Of a DNA stretch of 51,019 nt, positions 29,930-39,587 are shown piece after piece (the first letter of the stretch is position 1; each line of letters starts with the position of its first letter). Where the stretch lies: positions 1-51,019 of the forward strand of contig JALSPC010000047.1 of NCBI GenBank assembly GCA_026986155.1, written 5' to 3'. The stretch comes from a bacterium. GTDB taxonomy: Bacteria > Desulfobacterota > S145-22. The notes beneath the pieces were generated by a model. That model did no database searches. It saw only the letters and a program-made list of their open reading frames with translations, and had not been told where the DNA came from. The translations under genes and the position numbers were made by a program.

Positions 29930-31104
29930 TAGTCCCTTACTCCATAGATTTCGTACCCCGCGATGTCCCCCGACGCGATCTTTTCCTGGGCACGGTGATA
30001 CATTGCTTTGTAATCTCCGGGAGCCACGTCCCTGCCCGCGAGCCCCGCAATGAAGTCGACCACCTTCGGGGGGGTGTCAAGGGTATAAAGGGCGGATCGA
30101 ATCTCCGCGGCCACGGGACCGCCCGGACCACCGTAGGAGGTGGCGCGGTCGATGACAATGAGGGTTTCCACGCCCTTGACAGCCTCATGGAAGGCCTGGA
30201 ATGGGAAGGGACGCCACAGGCGAATCTTGCAAAGCCCCACCGGTTCCCCGTCTTCACGCATGGCATCCACGGCGGTCGATGCCGTTTCACCAAAACTTCC
30301 CATGGTGACGAAGAGGGTCTTGGCACCTTCCGCCTTGTAGGTCTCCACGGGGTGGTAGGTGCGGCCGGTCAGCTTGCCGTATTCTTCCCAGATCTCCTCA
30401 ATAACGGGAAGGGAGGCCTTGAGCCGCTCATCCTGCGCCTTCTTCGTCTCGGTGTAGAGATCCGGCATGGCAAAGGCCCCCATGGTGACGGGATTGTCGG
30501 GATCCAGCCGGTAGAGGGGGTTGTAAACCGGGAGAAAACTGTCCACCGTTTCCTGGTCCAGGATCTCGATGGGCTCGATGACGTGCGACAGGATGAAACC
30601 ATCCATGTTCACCATAAAGGGCAACAGCACCCGGTGGTCCTCCGCGATTTTGAAGGCGCAGAGGGTCAGGTCGAAGATCTCCTGCCCGTTTTCACCGAAG
30701 GCCTGGATCCAGCCGCAGTCGCGCACCAGCATCACGTCCGTGTGGTCGTTCCAGATGCTTAGAGGACCGGAGAGGGAGCGGTTGGCCAGGATCATCACGA
30801 TGGGAAGCTGCATGGCCGAGGCGATGAAGACGATCTCCGACATCAGGGCCAGTCCCTGGGAACTGGTGCAGGTGAAGGTTCGGGCCCCCGCCGCGGAGGT
30901 TCCGCAGCAGACGCTCATGGCGGAGTGTTCCGATTCCACGGGGATGAACTCGGCATCCAGTTCCCCGTTGGCGACGAATTCTGACAGGTGTTCGACAATA
31001 TGGGTCTGGGGCGTGATGGGATAGGCGGCGATGGCATCCACGTTCGCCAGGCGAACCGCCTCGCTCGCCCCGATGGACACCTCCATTCCAACGCGTTTCG
31101 GCAT
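29929..31104 (-). CDS. porA: Pyruvate/2-oxoacid:ferredoxin oxidoreductase alpha subunit
   Basis: AYPITPQT, VESEHSAMS, TSSQGL, DGFILSH, RLWRPFP; ATG at 31104 overlaps porD stop. Confidence 0.92.
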   Translation of the reverse strand: MPKRVGMEVSIGASEAVRLANVDAIAAYPITPQTHIVEHLSEFVANGELDAEFIPVESEHSAMSVCCGTSAAGARTFTCTSSQGLALMSEIVFIASAMQLPIVMILANRSLSGPLSIWNDHTDVMLVRDCGWIQAFGENGQEIFDLTLCAFKIAEDHRVLLPFMVNMDGFILSHVIEPIEILDQETVDSFLPVYNPLYRLDPDNPVTMGAFAMPDLYTETKKAQDERLKASLPVIEEIWEEYGKLTGRTYHPVETYKAEGAKTLFVTMGSFGETASTAVDAMREDGEPVGLCKIRLWRPFPFQAFHEAVKGVETLIVIDRATSYGGPGGPVAAEIRSALYTLDTPPKVVDFIAGLAGRDVAPGDYKAMYHRAQEKIASGDIAGYEIYGVRD

Positions 31105-31394
31105 TATTCTTCCTCCTCGACTAAGCGAATTGCCCCGGTGACGCATTCCTTCACGCAGATACCACACCCTTTGCAGTAGTAGAGATCGGCCTCGAAGTAG
31201 TTGTCTTCCGTTTTATAGATGGCCGCGTCAGGGCAAAAGATGTAGCAGACGCCACACTGGATGCAACGCTCCTTGTCCCAGACGGGACGCATGGAACGCC
31301 AGTCACCACTCTTGTACTCCGCGGCGTTGCCCGCCTCGGTGATGACGCATCCGACGTTCAGGTCTTTCCAGGTCATCTGATCCACTGGTTTCAC
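31104..31394 (-). CDS. porD: Pyruvate/2-oxoacid:ferredoxin oxidoreductase delta subunit
   Basis: GDWRSMRP, CIQCGVC..CP, YCKGCGIC..EC. Confidence 0.92.
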   Translation of the reverse strand: MKPVDQMTWKDLNVGCVITEAGNAAEYKSGDWRSMRPVWDKERCIQCGVCYIFCPDAAIYKTEDNYFEADLYYCKGCGICVKECVTGAIRLVEEEE

Positions 31395-31409
31395 TTGATT
31401 CTCCCTTGG

Positions 31410-31958
31410 CTATTCTAAAACCGTTGTCTTTTCGAAAGCCTCTTTGTAGGCCAGGATGTTCTTCTCCGCGATTTTCCCGAACCGCCGTTTCAGGGGACCT
31501 TCCAGTGCGTCTTTTTCCAGAAGTCCCGTCGCCTTGATCAGCGCCCCCAGCATGGTGGTGTTGGTAATGGGCAGGCCAAGGATCTGCATGGCAATATGGC
31601 TCGCGTCCACCGTGGCGGTCTTCTGACTGACCTTGAGAATCTCGCGGATATGTTTCCCGTCGTACTTGGTGTTGCAGATGAGGGTTCCTTCGGGTTTGAG
31701 CCCCTGCTCCACGTGGGCAATGGTCATGACCGAGGGATCCAAAACGATAACCACGTCCGGTTCGTAGATATTGGCCCGAAGCCGTATGGGCTCGTCGCTG
31801 ATCCGGCAGAATGCCACCACGGGGGCCCCGCGCCGTTCCGGGCCGAAGCTGGGAAACGCCTGGGCGTATTTGCCGTGTTCGATGGCGGCCACGGCCAACA
31901 ATTCGGCGGATGTCACGGCCCCCTGTCCTCCTCTACCATGGAATCGAATCTCAATCAT
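31410..31958 (-). CDS. porC: Pyruvate/2-oxoacid:ferredoxin oxidoreductase gamma subunit
   Basis: [35 protein letters not shown]. Confidence 0.92.
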
Positions 31959-32032
31959 TGAATTTCCACCTTCCGAAATGAATTAAAATTTCAACACTCA
32001 TAACAAAGTTGTTGAGGCAAGTCAACGAAAAT

Positions 32033-32899
32033 TTACGGCTCACCGGGCGCCTCTTCCTCCTCTTCGGGAGACTGGGTATGCTCGTTTGGGATCGCTGTTC
32101 CCGCTTCGTTCCCCTTTTGCGTGGGCGGAGTTGGCGCCGCTTCTTCGCTTCCCTCCTCTTCCTCCGCCGGCTTCCTTCCAAAAATCTTCGCCACCCAGAT
32201 ACTGATCTCGTAGAGGGCCAGAAGCGGTCCCGCCATCATCAACTGGGTCATCACATCCGGGGGAGTGAGGATGGCGGAGGCAACAAAAACGAGGAGGATG
32301 GCGTATTTCCTCTGTTTCCTCAGCATTTTATCGTTGACGAGTCCAATCCGTGAGAGAAAGAGGACCAGGAGGGGAAGCTCGAAGATGACACCGAAGGCGA
32401 AGAGGAGCTTCGCGCAGAAACCGAAGTATTCCTTGATGGTCGGCATGGGTCGGATGTAGTCGGTGGCGAATCCCAGAAAAAATTTGAACCCGAAGGGAAA
32501 GACGACGAAATAGCCGAAGAGGGCCCCGCCGATGAAGAAAATGGAGGAAAAAAAGACGAAGGGGACCACGTAGCGCTTTTCGTGCTTGTAGAGCCCCGGG
32601 GAGATAAAAGCCCACATCTCGTAGAGCACCACGGGCGAGGCGATGAAGACCCCCGCCAGGAGCGATACCTTCAGGTAGGTAAAGAAGGCCTCGGGAAGAC
32701 TGGTGAAGATGAGGGTCGACTTGGGGGGGAGGGAAACGATGAGAGGTTTCATCAGGATTTCGAAGAGCTGTTTCGAGAAAAAGTAGGAAACAAGGAAACC
32801 CGCCGCGATAGCGATGACGGAGATGATCAGCCGCCGCCGCAGTTCTTCAAGGTGTTCCGTAAAGGGAAGTTTTTTTTCTTCGTCGACGGGGGGGCTCAT
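32033..32899 (-). CDS. tatC: Twin-arginine translocase subunit TatC
   Basis: [33 protein letters not shown]. Confidence 0.95.
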   Translation of the reverse strand: MSPPVDEEKKLPFTEHLEELRRRLIISVIAIAAGFLVSYFFSKQLFEILMKPLIVSLPPKSTLIFTSLPEAFFTYLKVSLLAGVFIASPVVLYEMWAFISPGLYKHEKRYVVPFVFFSSIFFIGGALFGYFVVFPFGFKFFLGFATDYIRPMPTIKEYFGFCAKLLFAFGVIFELPLLVLFLSRIGLVNDKMLRKQRKYAILLVFVASAILTPPDVMTQLMMAGPLLALYEISIWVAKIFGRKPAEEEEGSEEAAPTPPTQKGNEAGTAIPNEHTQSPEEEEEAPGEP

Positions 32900-33267
32900 G
32901 GGGCGGTGCCGGCGGGGGGTTTCAAGGCGTCGTTTCCTTCCGGTTCCTTCCCCTTTTCCCCGGGCGTTTGCTCCTCGGCGGGTGAGGGCGCCTCCGCGTC
33001 GCTGCCGGAAACCCCGGAAGTCTCTACCTCAACGGATGGTGCCGATTCATCGTCGGCGGTCTTCAGTTCGTTTTCGATTTTTGAACCGATATCGTCCAGC
33101 GCCAGCTCGTCGAGCCCAATGTTCTCCTTCACCTCGTCGGTGGCCTTCTTGAATTCGCGCATGGCCTTTCCCAGGTGCTTGGCAAGCTCAGGTAGGCGCT
33201 TCGGCCCGAAGATAATCAGGGCGATCACCAGGATAACAAGCAACTCTGTCATGCCGATACCGAACAT
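32896..33267 (-). CDS. tatB: Twin-arginine translocase TatB/TatA-family subunit
   Basis: [30 protein letters not shown]; long acidic tail; directly upstream of tatC. Confidence 0.8.
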   Translation of the reverse strand: MFGIGMTELLVILVIALIIFGPKRLPELAKHLGKAMREFKKATDEVKENIGLDELALDDIGSKIENELKTADDESAPSVEVETSGVSGSDAEAPSPAEEQTPGEKGKEPEGNDALKPPAGTAP

Positions 33268-33388
33268 CGCTTCCAGCCTCTCGTTTAATCAGCCGTTTAT
33301 AACATAGGGAAGAAGCCACCGCAACTAAAGAAGACAACGGTATTTATAAAACAAGCATGGAAATCTAAAGCATGAAAAAACGCATTAA

Positions 33389-34354
33389 TCAAACAATCTC
33401 AAGACATGTTTTAACGCAGTTACGCCCGGAGTTTTTGGAAAGGTAGAGTGCCTGATCCGCCGCTTCCAGCACGGCGTCGGCCGAATCTTTCCCCTTACAG
33501 TCCGCCACGCCAAGGGACGCGGTGACTTTCAACTCAAGATTCTTTTTCCGGTATGTAAAAACCGTTGAATTAATCTTATCGAGAATCCTTTTAGCCACGA
33601 TCTCGGCATCTTCAAGCCGTGTTTCCGGCAAGAGAACCGTAAACTCCTCGCCGCCATACCGGAAGACCGTATCCACATTGCGAACTGAGTTTGTCAGTAG
33701 AGCACCGAACTTTCTCAAAATGGCGTCTCCCACCGTGTGGCCGTAAAAATCGTTGAAGCGTTTAAAATGATCAATATCGATCATGATGACAGAGAAAGAA
33801 CGCCTGTACCGTTTATACCTTTCAAACTCCTTTTCAACATACTTGTTCCAACCCCTCCGGTTTAAAAGCTGAGTCAACGGATCCTTTTGAGATTCGGTTT
33901 CCAGTTCATGAATCTTCTCTTCTTTTTCAGCAAGATCCTGCCGGGTTTCCGCGAGATTATCCATCAATTGCTGGTTCGAAGCTTGAAGTTTCACCACCTC
34001 ATCCACGAGTTTTTTGACATTCTCGTCCAGGCTCTGTTCCGAAAACGTTTTGATCGATGCCACGGACTGATTCATGGAAGAAATGTTTTCCTTATTCTCT
34101 TCTTCAAACATGCCGAGGGAAAGCTGCAAGGAGGATAAGATCCCTCCCGCCTCAGCAAGAACCTCTTCCACTTTTTGTTCGAGCTTTTTCTCATCCTCCA
34201 AAAGATATTTTAAGACCCTATCCTTCTTCAGTTTGCGCGCCGCATTAATAAATTCACTTTCATAAACAAGGGGCGTGGGGAGACGCCTGGAAGAAACAAT
34301 TTCCCTCAGGGCGTATCTCGCGATCTCCGTAATGTCTTTGGCAAGATTCTTCAT
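33389..34354 (-). CDS. Diguanylate cyclase (GGDEF) with N-terminal coiled coil
   Basis: DPLTQLLNRR, DIDHFK..ND.YGH..GD, RYGGEEF, ADQALY.SK..GRN. Confidence 0.92.
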   Translation of the reverse strand: MKNLAKDITEIARYALREIVSSRRLPTPLVYESEFINAARKLKKDRVLKYLLEDEKKLEQKVEEVLAEAGGILSSLQLSLGMFEEENKENISSMNQSVASIKTFSEQSLDENVKKLVDEVVKLQASNQQLMDNLAETRQDLAEKEEKIHELETESQKDPLTQLLNRRGWNKYVEKEFERYKRYRRSFSVIMIDIDHFKRFNDFYGHTVGDAILRKFGALLTNSVRNVDTVFRYGGEEFTVLLPETRLEDAEIVAKRILDKINSTVFTYRKKNLELKVTASLGVADCKGKDSADAVLEAADQALYLSKNSGRNCVKTCLEIV

Positions 34355-34592
34355 GAATTGTTATCTTCTTTCAGTTATATTTATACATATCTCATCTAAC
34401 TTTGCAATACCCAAAGAGATTTTTCTCTGCATATTTTAATGGGTTCGTCAAAATTCGGGTTTTCCCGCTTTGTAGTTGAAAAAAACATGGTGGAAATATC
34501 AAGATAAAATTTCAGTTTATTTTACCATTCTTCTACCTACGTTAGGGCTGTGATCGCTGTAACCTGTTTAATTTAAGAGAAAAACGAAAAAA

Positions 34593-36059
34593 TCAAAGCC
34601 CGTTAAGAAATTTGTAAATCTTCACCATCGCCAGGGTGTCGAGCCGGCAGTAGCTGAGCAGGTCCGCGCGGATTTTCGCCCGCTCCGCCGGGTCCTCCTC
34701 CAGGTGCAGGGTCGCGTAGGCGGTCATGGCCATGCCCCCGTCCCGGATGGCGAGGGCCTGGTAGCTGAGTTCCGGGTCGTCCGGGAAGAGGGCGGGCAGG
34801 ACGGACTTCAGGGAGAAACTGCCGTTGAAACCGGGATGATAGAACCCGCCGCCGCGAAAGGGGACGATGAGGTCCGCGAACCGGTCCACCAGCCCGAGGA
34901 GCTCCCGCGCCCGGGCGGGTTCGAAGGTGGCAAGCTCCCGGATCCGCCCGATCTCGAACCCCTTGTTGTAGGCGATGATGCTGCCTTCCGGGGTGAGGTC
35001 GGACAGCATCCGGGCGATCAGCGGGGGCCGCGGGTCCCGGGTCTCGTCCGCCAGGAACTCCCTGTGCTCCAGGCGGCCGTCCGCGTGAAGGATGTGGAGG
35101 GAATACTGGAAGGGCATCTGCTGGTAGGGACGCTGACCGTCGAAGCGGGGCACCGGCTCCATAAAGGTCTCGAAATCGAAAAAATTCAGGGGAAAGCGCA
35201 GGCCCGTTAGAAACGCCCGGATCGCGCCCCGGCGCACGACGGGCCGTCCCGTCTCTTCCGCCGCTATCTGAAGGGACTGGATGAAATTCGGGTTGAAATC
35301 GCCCGGCAGCTCCCCGATTTTAAGCACCCCGCGGTCGTAGAGGCTGAACTTTTTACTCCCCGGAAGCCGGTAGAGGCCGAAGACGGAACGCTCGGGGATA
35401 TGCCGCCAGCACCACGACGCGTAATCGCAGTCGTAGAACCGCGAGCAGTGGGGTCCGATGTCCCTGTCAGGCATCTCTCCCTCCAGCATTGCCGCGAGAC
35501 CGCGATGCCGCGACGCGATCTCCTCCCGCATGGCAAGCACCTGGGCCGTCACGTCCTCCACCGTAAAAAGCTTCCGTAACGCCAGGTCCCCGTGGCGGAC
35601 ATAGGATCTGTCGATATGGACGATGAAGACCCTTCGGACGTCCACGCCGAAGTCCCGAAAGACCTTGAACTGGAACGCCGCGTCGTAGAGGTGGTAGTCC
35701 TTGAGGCCCGTGGCGGCCTTGACCTCGTAGAGCGCCCAGCCGCCGCCCTCTCTCCGGAGAATATCCGCCATGGCGAACCCGCCGTTCGCCTGGGCGGTGG
35801 CCTCGTAAAGGGTGTCCACGCCCGAATCGATCCACGCCCGCGTCTGTCGAATCATCCCCTCGAAGTCGTCGGGGTTAAAGGGGATCTCCCGCCCGCCGGG
35901 GAAGAGGTCCCGGGCGAGGCGCCCCACCAGATGTCCCGTCTCGAAGCGTGCCTGCTGGCCCTCGTCCGGCACGTCTCTCGGCACGTCGCTGTTTTTCAAG
36001 AGCCACAGCGACTTGGGGCACTTGACGCCCCGGACGAACTGCGACTTGGACAGGATCAT
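34593..36059 (-). CDS. DUF2779-containing RecB-like nuclease/RNase H-like protein
   Basis: LSKS....KCPK.LWL, DIL..EVK, D..FQ, IGPHC..CDY..WC, FDFET, PFQYSLH, SLKSVLP, YCRLDT; start reassigned to ATG 36059. Confidence 0.8.
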   Translation of the reverse strand: MILSKSQFVRGVKCPKSLWLLKNSDVPRDVPDEGQQARFETGHLVGRLARDLFPGGREIPFNPDDFEGMIRQTRAWIDSGVDTLYEATAQANGGFAMADILRREGGGWALYEVKAATGLKDYHLYDAAFQFKVFRDFGVDVRRVFIVHIDRSYVRHGDLALRKLFTVEDVTAQVLAMREEIASRHRGLAAMLEGEMPDRDIGPHCSRFYDCDYASWCWRHIPERSVFGLYRLPGSKKFSLYDRGVLKIGELPGDFNPNFIQSLQIAAEETGRPVVRRGAIRAFLTGLRFPLNFFDFETFMEPVPRFDGQRPYQQMPFQYSLHILHADGRLEHREFLADETRDPRPPLIARMLSDLTPEGSIIAYNKGFEIGRIRELATFEPARARELLGLVDRFADLIVPFRGGGFYHPGFNGSFSLKSVLPALFPDDPELSYQALAIRDGGMAMTAYATLHLEEDPAERAKIRADLLSYCRLDTLAMVKIYKFLNGL

Positions 36060-36367
36060 CCCGCGCCACCCTCTTTCTGGACCGGTTTGTCCGGCGCGCC
36101 CTCGCTCAGGTCGGCGCCGCAGAACCGGCACCGCACGGCCTCTTTTCTGATAAGCTCCGCGCAATAGGGGCACCGTTTCATCTTCCCCTCTTTGAGGGCC
36201 TTCTTCTCCAGCGCCTCCTCGTTTTTCGGCATGACGAGGGACAGGATGAGCCCCAGCGGCCCCAAAAACACCCCGAGGAGAAACCAGCCGCACCCGCTGC
36301 GCCCCTTCGACGAGGCGACCACCGCGCTGATAATCCCAATCAAAAACCAAACGAAAACGAGTTCCAT
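36056..36367 (-). CDS. Small membrane protein with zinc ribbon
   Basis: ASSKGRS..GWFLLG..LGPLG, CPYCAE.I..EA..CRFCG. Confidence 0.8.
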   Translation of the reverse strand: MELVFVWFLIGIISAVVASSKGRSGCGWFLLGVFLGPLGLILSLVMPKNEEALEKKALKEGKMKRCPYCAELIRKEAVRCRFCGADLSEGAPDKPVQKEGGAG

Positions 36368-36444
36368 GCTTGATTCCTTTCAAAATATAACGGGTTGGAA
36401 GATTCTCATACTCTCCCCCTTTTTCCTGTAACATTTTAAAAGAT

Positions 36445-36708
36445 TCATTTCCATTTGTTCTCCCCGCAGCCTTTGACATTTCCCCCGGCGACGCGTTTTA
36501 ACGAATTCACACCGAACGCCCCGATAACCCCGCCATGCGTTCTATAAGACAGTCCTTGTGACATCAGAAGCGCCTCGGCCATATAGAACATCGCATAATA
36601 AACTCGTGACATGGCAAATTCCGGATACCCTTGATCCAAAAGGAGTTTCACCGCAAAGAGACTCCTTTTGGCCTTATCAAGCAGAGGGATTCCACCCTTT
36701 TTCATCAT
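36445..36708 (-). pseudogene. HEPN-domain toxin, frameshifted/truncated
   Basis: LDKAKRSL..SRVYYAMFY.AEALL..THGGVIGAFG, then EFVKT appears in a shifted frame near 36510; C-terminal half missing. Confidence 0.7.
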
Positions 36709-37028
36709 GCCGCCTTGCCTTCGCGCCGGATGTTCAAATAAAAAGAAAGGGGGTTGTTTTTCAGATCTTCGGGGGTTACAAAGACCCGTGATATGGCAAC
36801 GCCATATTTCATGGATAATTCAGCCGTTAAACTTGAGGTTTTTCGAATAGCCTCCATGTAGTCGAATGGCCCCTTCAAGACCACAAGAATGTCGATATCC
36901 GAATGTTCCTGCCCCTCTCCCCTCACAAATGAACCGTAAAGAATGACCTGCTCAAGATGATCTCCAAATACTTTTCTGAGTTCAACCCAGTATTCCCTGA
37001 CAACTCGCATGCCATTCTTCACGACCAT
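36705..37028 (-). CDS. Minimal nucleotidyltransferase (MNT antitoxin)
   Basis: ILYGSFVRG..SDIDILVV, NIRREG; ATG 37028 after GGAGG. Confidence 0.85.
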   Translation of the reverse strand: MVVKNGMRVVREYWVELRKVFGDHLEQVILYGSFVRGEGQEHSDIDILVVLKGPFDYMEAIRKTSSLTAELSMKYGVAISRVFVTPEDLKNNPLSFYLNIRREGKAA

Positions 37029-37250
37029 TGGAATCCCTCCAAAGAGACAACCTTTCAATCAGGTTCCGAAACTACATGTCTCGATACTTGTATAACAAAA
37101 AAACCCCGGGAACCCGCAAGGGATCGAATATCCACAATGTTTCATCTCGTTGATAACGCGCAATGGGCTAACATAACGTCCGCCCTTTTCGCGCCTCGAT
37201 TGACAGGTGGGCGGGGGTTTGCAAATATCCCATGAGGGGAGGGGTGAGTC

Positions 37251-38009
37251 ATGCCGGAGGAGATTCTTTACGAGAAGCGGGGACGGATCGTTGTCATCAC
37301 CATCAACCGGCCGGCGGCCCTGAACGCCTTGACGCCGGATTCCGCCCGGGCGCTGGGGGAGGCGTGGCAGCGCTTCCGGGACGACGCGGAGGCCTGGGTG
37401 GCGGTCGTCACGGGGGCGGGGGAGAGGGCCTTTTGCGCGGGTTACGAGACGAGCCCCGAGGCCCTTGCCCTGGCGGGGGCCAAGGCGTCGGTGGCCACGA
37501 TCCCTACTCATTTCGGCATCACGAAGCCGGTCATCGCCGCCGTCAACGGCGTGTGTGTGGCGGGGGGATGGTGGATCGCCCAGGAGTGCGACCTGCGGGT
37601 GGCCTCGGAGACGGCCCGGTTTGGCATCACCCAGGTGAAGTGGGGGCTCATGCCGGCCTTCACCGCCACCCTGTCCCGCCACCTGCTGCCCGGCCACGCC
37701 CTGGAACTGCTTTTGACCGGCAAACTCATCACCGCGCGCCGGGCCTACGAGATGGGGTTCGTCAACGAGGTGACACCTCCCGGGCAGGCGCTCCAGCGGA
37801 CCCTGGAGGTGGCGGAGGCCATCTGCGAGAACGGCCCCATCGCGGTGCGGATGAGCAAGGAGCTCTTCTACAAGGGGCAGTCTCTCTCCGAGGCGGCGGC
37901 CTTCGAGCTGACGTGGCAACGCTACGCGGAAAACGAGGCCACGCGCGACGCCAAGGAGGGTATCCGGGCCTTCATGGAAAAGCGCAAGCCCAAATTCACG
38001 AATGCTTAG
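37251..38009 (+). CDS. Crotonase-superfamily protein
   Basis: ITINRP..LNAL, AFCAG, KPVIAAVNG, CDLRVA, LELLLTG, KEGIRAF.EKRKP.F. Confidence 0.88.
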   Translation: MPEEILYEKRGRIVVITINRPAALNALTPDSARALGEAWQRFRDDAEAWVAVVTGAGERAFCAGYETSPEALALAGAKASVATIPTHFGITKPVIAAVNGVCVAGGWWIAQECDLRVASETARFGITQVKWGLMPAFTATLSRHLLPGHALELLLTGKLITARRAYEMGFVNEVTPPGQALQRTLEVAEAICENGPIAVRMSKELFYKGQSLSEAAAFELTWQRYAENEATRDAKEGIRAFMEKRKPKFTNA

Positions 38010-38038
38010 GAAACGAACGATTCAAAAGGAGGACAGGC

Positions 38039-38794
38039 ATGGACTTCACGGGTAAGGTAGCGATCGTTACGGGAGGCGGCAGCGGGATCGGCCGCGCCAC
38101 CGCCCTGAAACTGGCCGGCTTGGGCGCCACGGTGGCCATCGCGGACATCAACGAGGAAGACGGCCGGAAGGTGGTCCAGGAGATAACGGACCTCGGCGCA
38201 AAGGCCCTGTTCGTCAAGACCGACATCTCCGATTTCGCGCAGACGCGGGAGATGGCGAAGCGGGTGGTGGACACCTTCGGCCGAATCGACGTCCTCGTGA
38301 ACAACGCAGCCTGGGACAAGATCCAGCCTTTCATGGAGAACGACCCCGCCCTCTGGGAACGGCTCATCAACATCAACCTGAAGGGCCCCATCTACGTGAC
38401 CCGGGCCGTCCTGGAATACATGACGAAGCAGGAAACGGGCGGGGCCATCGTCAACGTGGCCTCCGACGCGGCCAAGGTGGGTAGCACGGGGGAGGCGGTC
38501 TATTCCGCCACGAAAGGGGGCGTCTACGCCTTCACCAAGTCCATCGCCCGGGAGATGGCCCGCCACAAGATCCGCGTCAACAGTATCTGTCCAGGTCCCA
38601 CGCAGACACCCCTGTTCGAGGACGTGGCCCGGACCATGCCGAAGGTGGTGGAGGCCATCAAGAAGGCCATCCCCATGCGGCGGGTGGCCAAGCCGGAGGA
38701 ACAGGCCAACGCCATCGTCTGGCTCGCCTCGGAGGAGGCTGGTTACATCACGGGGCAGGCCCTGAGCGTCAACGGCGGCCTCAACATGTGTTAG
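38039..38794 (+). CDS. SDR oxidoreductase, BadH-like hydroxyacyl-CoA dehydrogenase
   Basis: TGGGSGIG, NNAAWD, ASDAAKVGSTGEAVYSATKGG, CPGPT.TPL, GQALSVNGG; ATG 38039 after AGGAGG. Confidence 0.85.
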   Translation: MDFTGKVAIVTGGGSGIGRATALKLAGLGATVAIADINEEDGRKVVQEITDLGAKALFVKTDISDFAQTREMAKRVVDTFGRIDVLVNNAAWDKIQPFMENDPALWERLININLKGPIYVTRAVLEYMTKQETGGAIVNVASDAAKVGSTGEAVYSATKGGVYAFTKSIAREMARHKIRVNSICPGPTQTPLFEDVARTMPKVVEAIKKAIPMRRVAKPEEQANAIVWLASEEAGYITGQALSVNGGLNMC

Positions 38795-38803
38795 GAGGGA
38801 ACC

Positions 38804-39583
38804 ATGGGTGAACGCATCGACCTGACGGTGGAAGGCGGCGTCGCCGTCGCGACCCTTAACCGCCCCGACAAGGGCAACCCCTTCGACTGGACGAGCATCG
38901 AGGAGATGAACGCCGTCCTGGATACGGTGGAGGAGGACGACGCCATCGGGGGGCTCATCCTGACGGCCATGGGGGAGAAGTATTTCAGCGTGGGTGCCGA
39001 CATCTCCCTGATGCGGGAGATCGAGGGGAAGGCGTACGCCCGGTTTCTCTTCGCCGGGATGCGCATGTGCGAGCGGATCCAGCGCCTCAAGAAGCCGACC
39101 CTGGCCGCGGTGAACGGCTGGGCCGTGGGGGCGGGCGGCGAGGTGGCCATGGCCTGTGACCTGCGCGTCGCCACGAAGAACGCCCGGATTGGGGTGCCGG
39201 AGTTGAAGATTGGCCTCATCCCCGGCTGGGGCGGCGTCTTCCGCCTCACCCGCCTGGTAGGGCCCGCCAAGGCGATGGAGTTGGTCCTGACGGCCCAGAA
39301 CCTGCCCGCGGACGAGGCGCAACGGGTCGGACTGGTCAACCGGGTCGTGCCGCCGGGGGAACTCATGGCCGCCGCGAAGGACCTGATGGGGCGGGTCCTT
39401 GAAAACGCACCCATCGCCATCGCCTTCGCCAAGTCCATCATTTTAAGCGAGCGGGAGGTGCCCGTCGGCTTCGGCGAGACCTACGAGGCGTTAAGCAGCA
39501 TCCTGACCTTTTTGAGTCACGACGGGAAGGAAGGCATGCGGGCCTTCTTCGAGAAGCGAGCGCCGGAGTGGAAGGGGGAATAG
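38804..39583 (+). CDS. Enoyl-CoA hydratase/isomerase
   Basis: FSVGADI, AVGAGGEVAMACD, PELKIGLIPGWGG with both catalytic Glu. Confidence 0.9.
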   Translation: MGERIDLTVEGGVAVATLNRPDKGNPFDWTSIEEMNAVLDTVEEDDAIGGLILTAMGEKYFSVGADISLMREIEGKAYARFLFAGMRMCERIQRLKKPTLAAVNGWAVGAGGEVAMACDLRVATKNARIGVPELKIGLIPGWGGVFRLTRLVGPAKAMELVLTAQNLPADEAQRVGLVNRVVPPGELMAAAKDLMGRVLENAPIAIAFAKSIILSEREVPVGFGETYEALSSILTFLSHDGKEGMRAFFEKRAPEWKGE

Positions 39584-39587
39584 GGGC

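Noticed and set aside
32033-33267. tatBC as dedicated exporter of the RdhA-like protein
   Set aside because: No twin-arginine motif in that protein; proximity is probably incidental
34394-34548. attC-like pair ATCTAAC ... GTTAGGG
   Set aside because: Core site does not fit GTTRRRY, no internal palindrome and no integron integrase
34593-36479. 628-aa ORF as a single protein
   Set aside because: Its N-terminal extension overlaps the zinc-ribbon gene; family similarity begins at ATG 36059
37232-38794. 520-aa ORF as a crotonase-SDR fusion
   Set aside because: The first half is an off-frame reading of the crotonase gene; the SDR has its own SD and ATG at 38039
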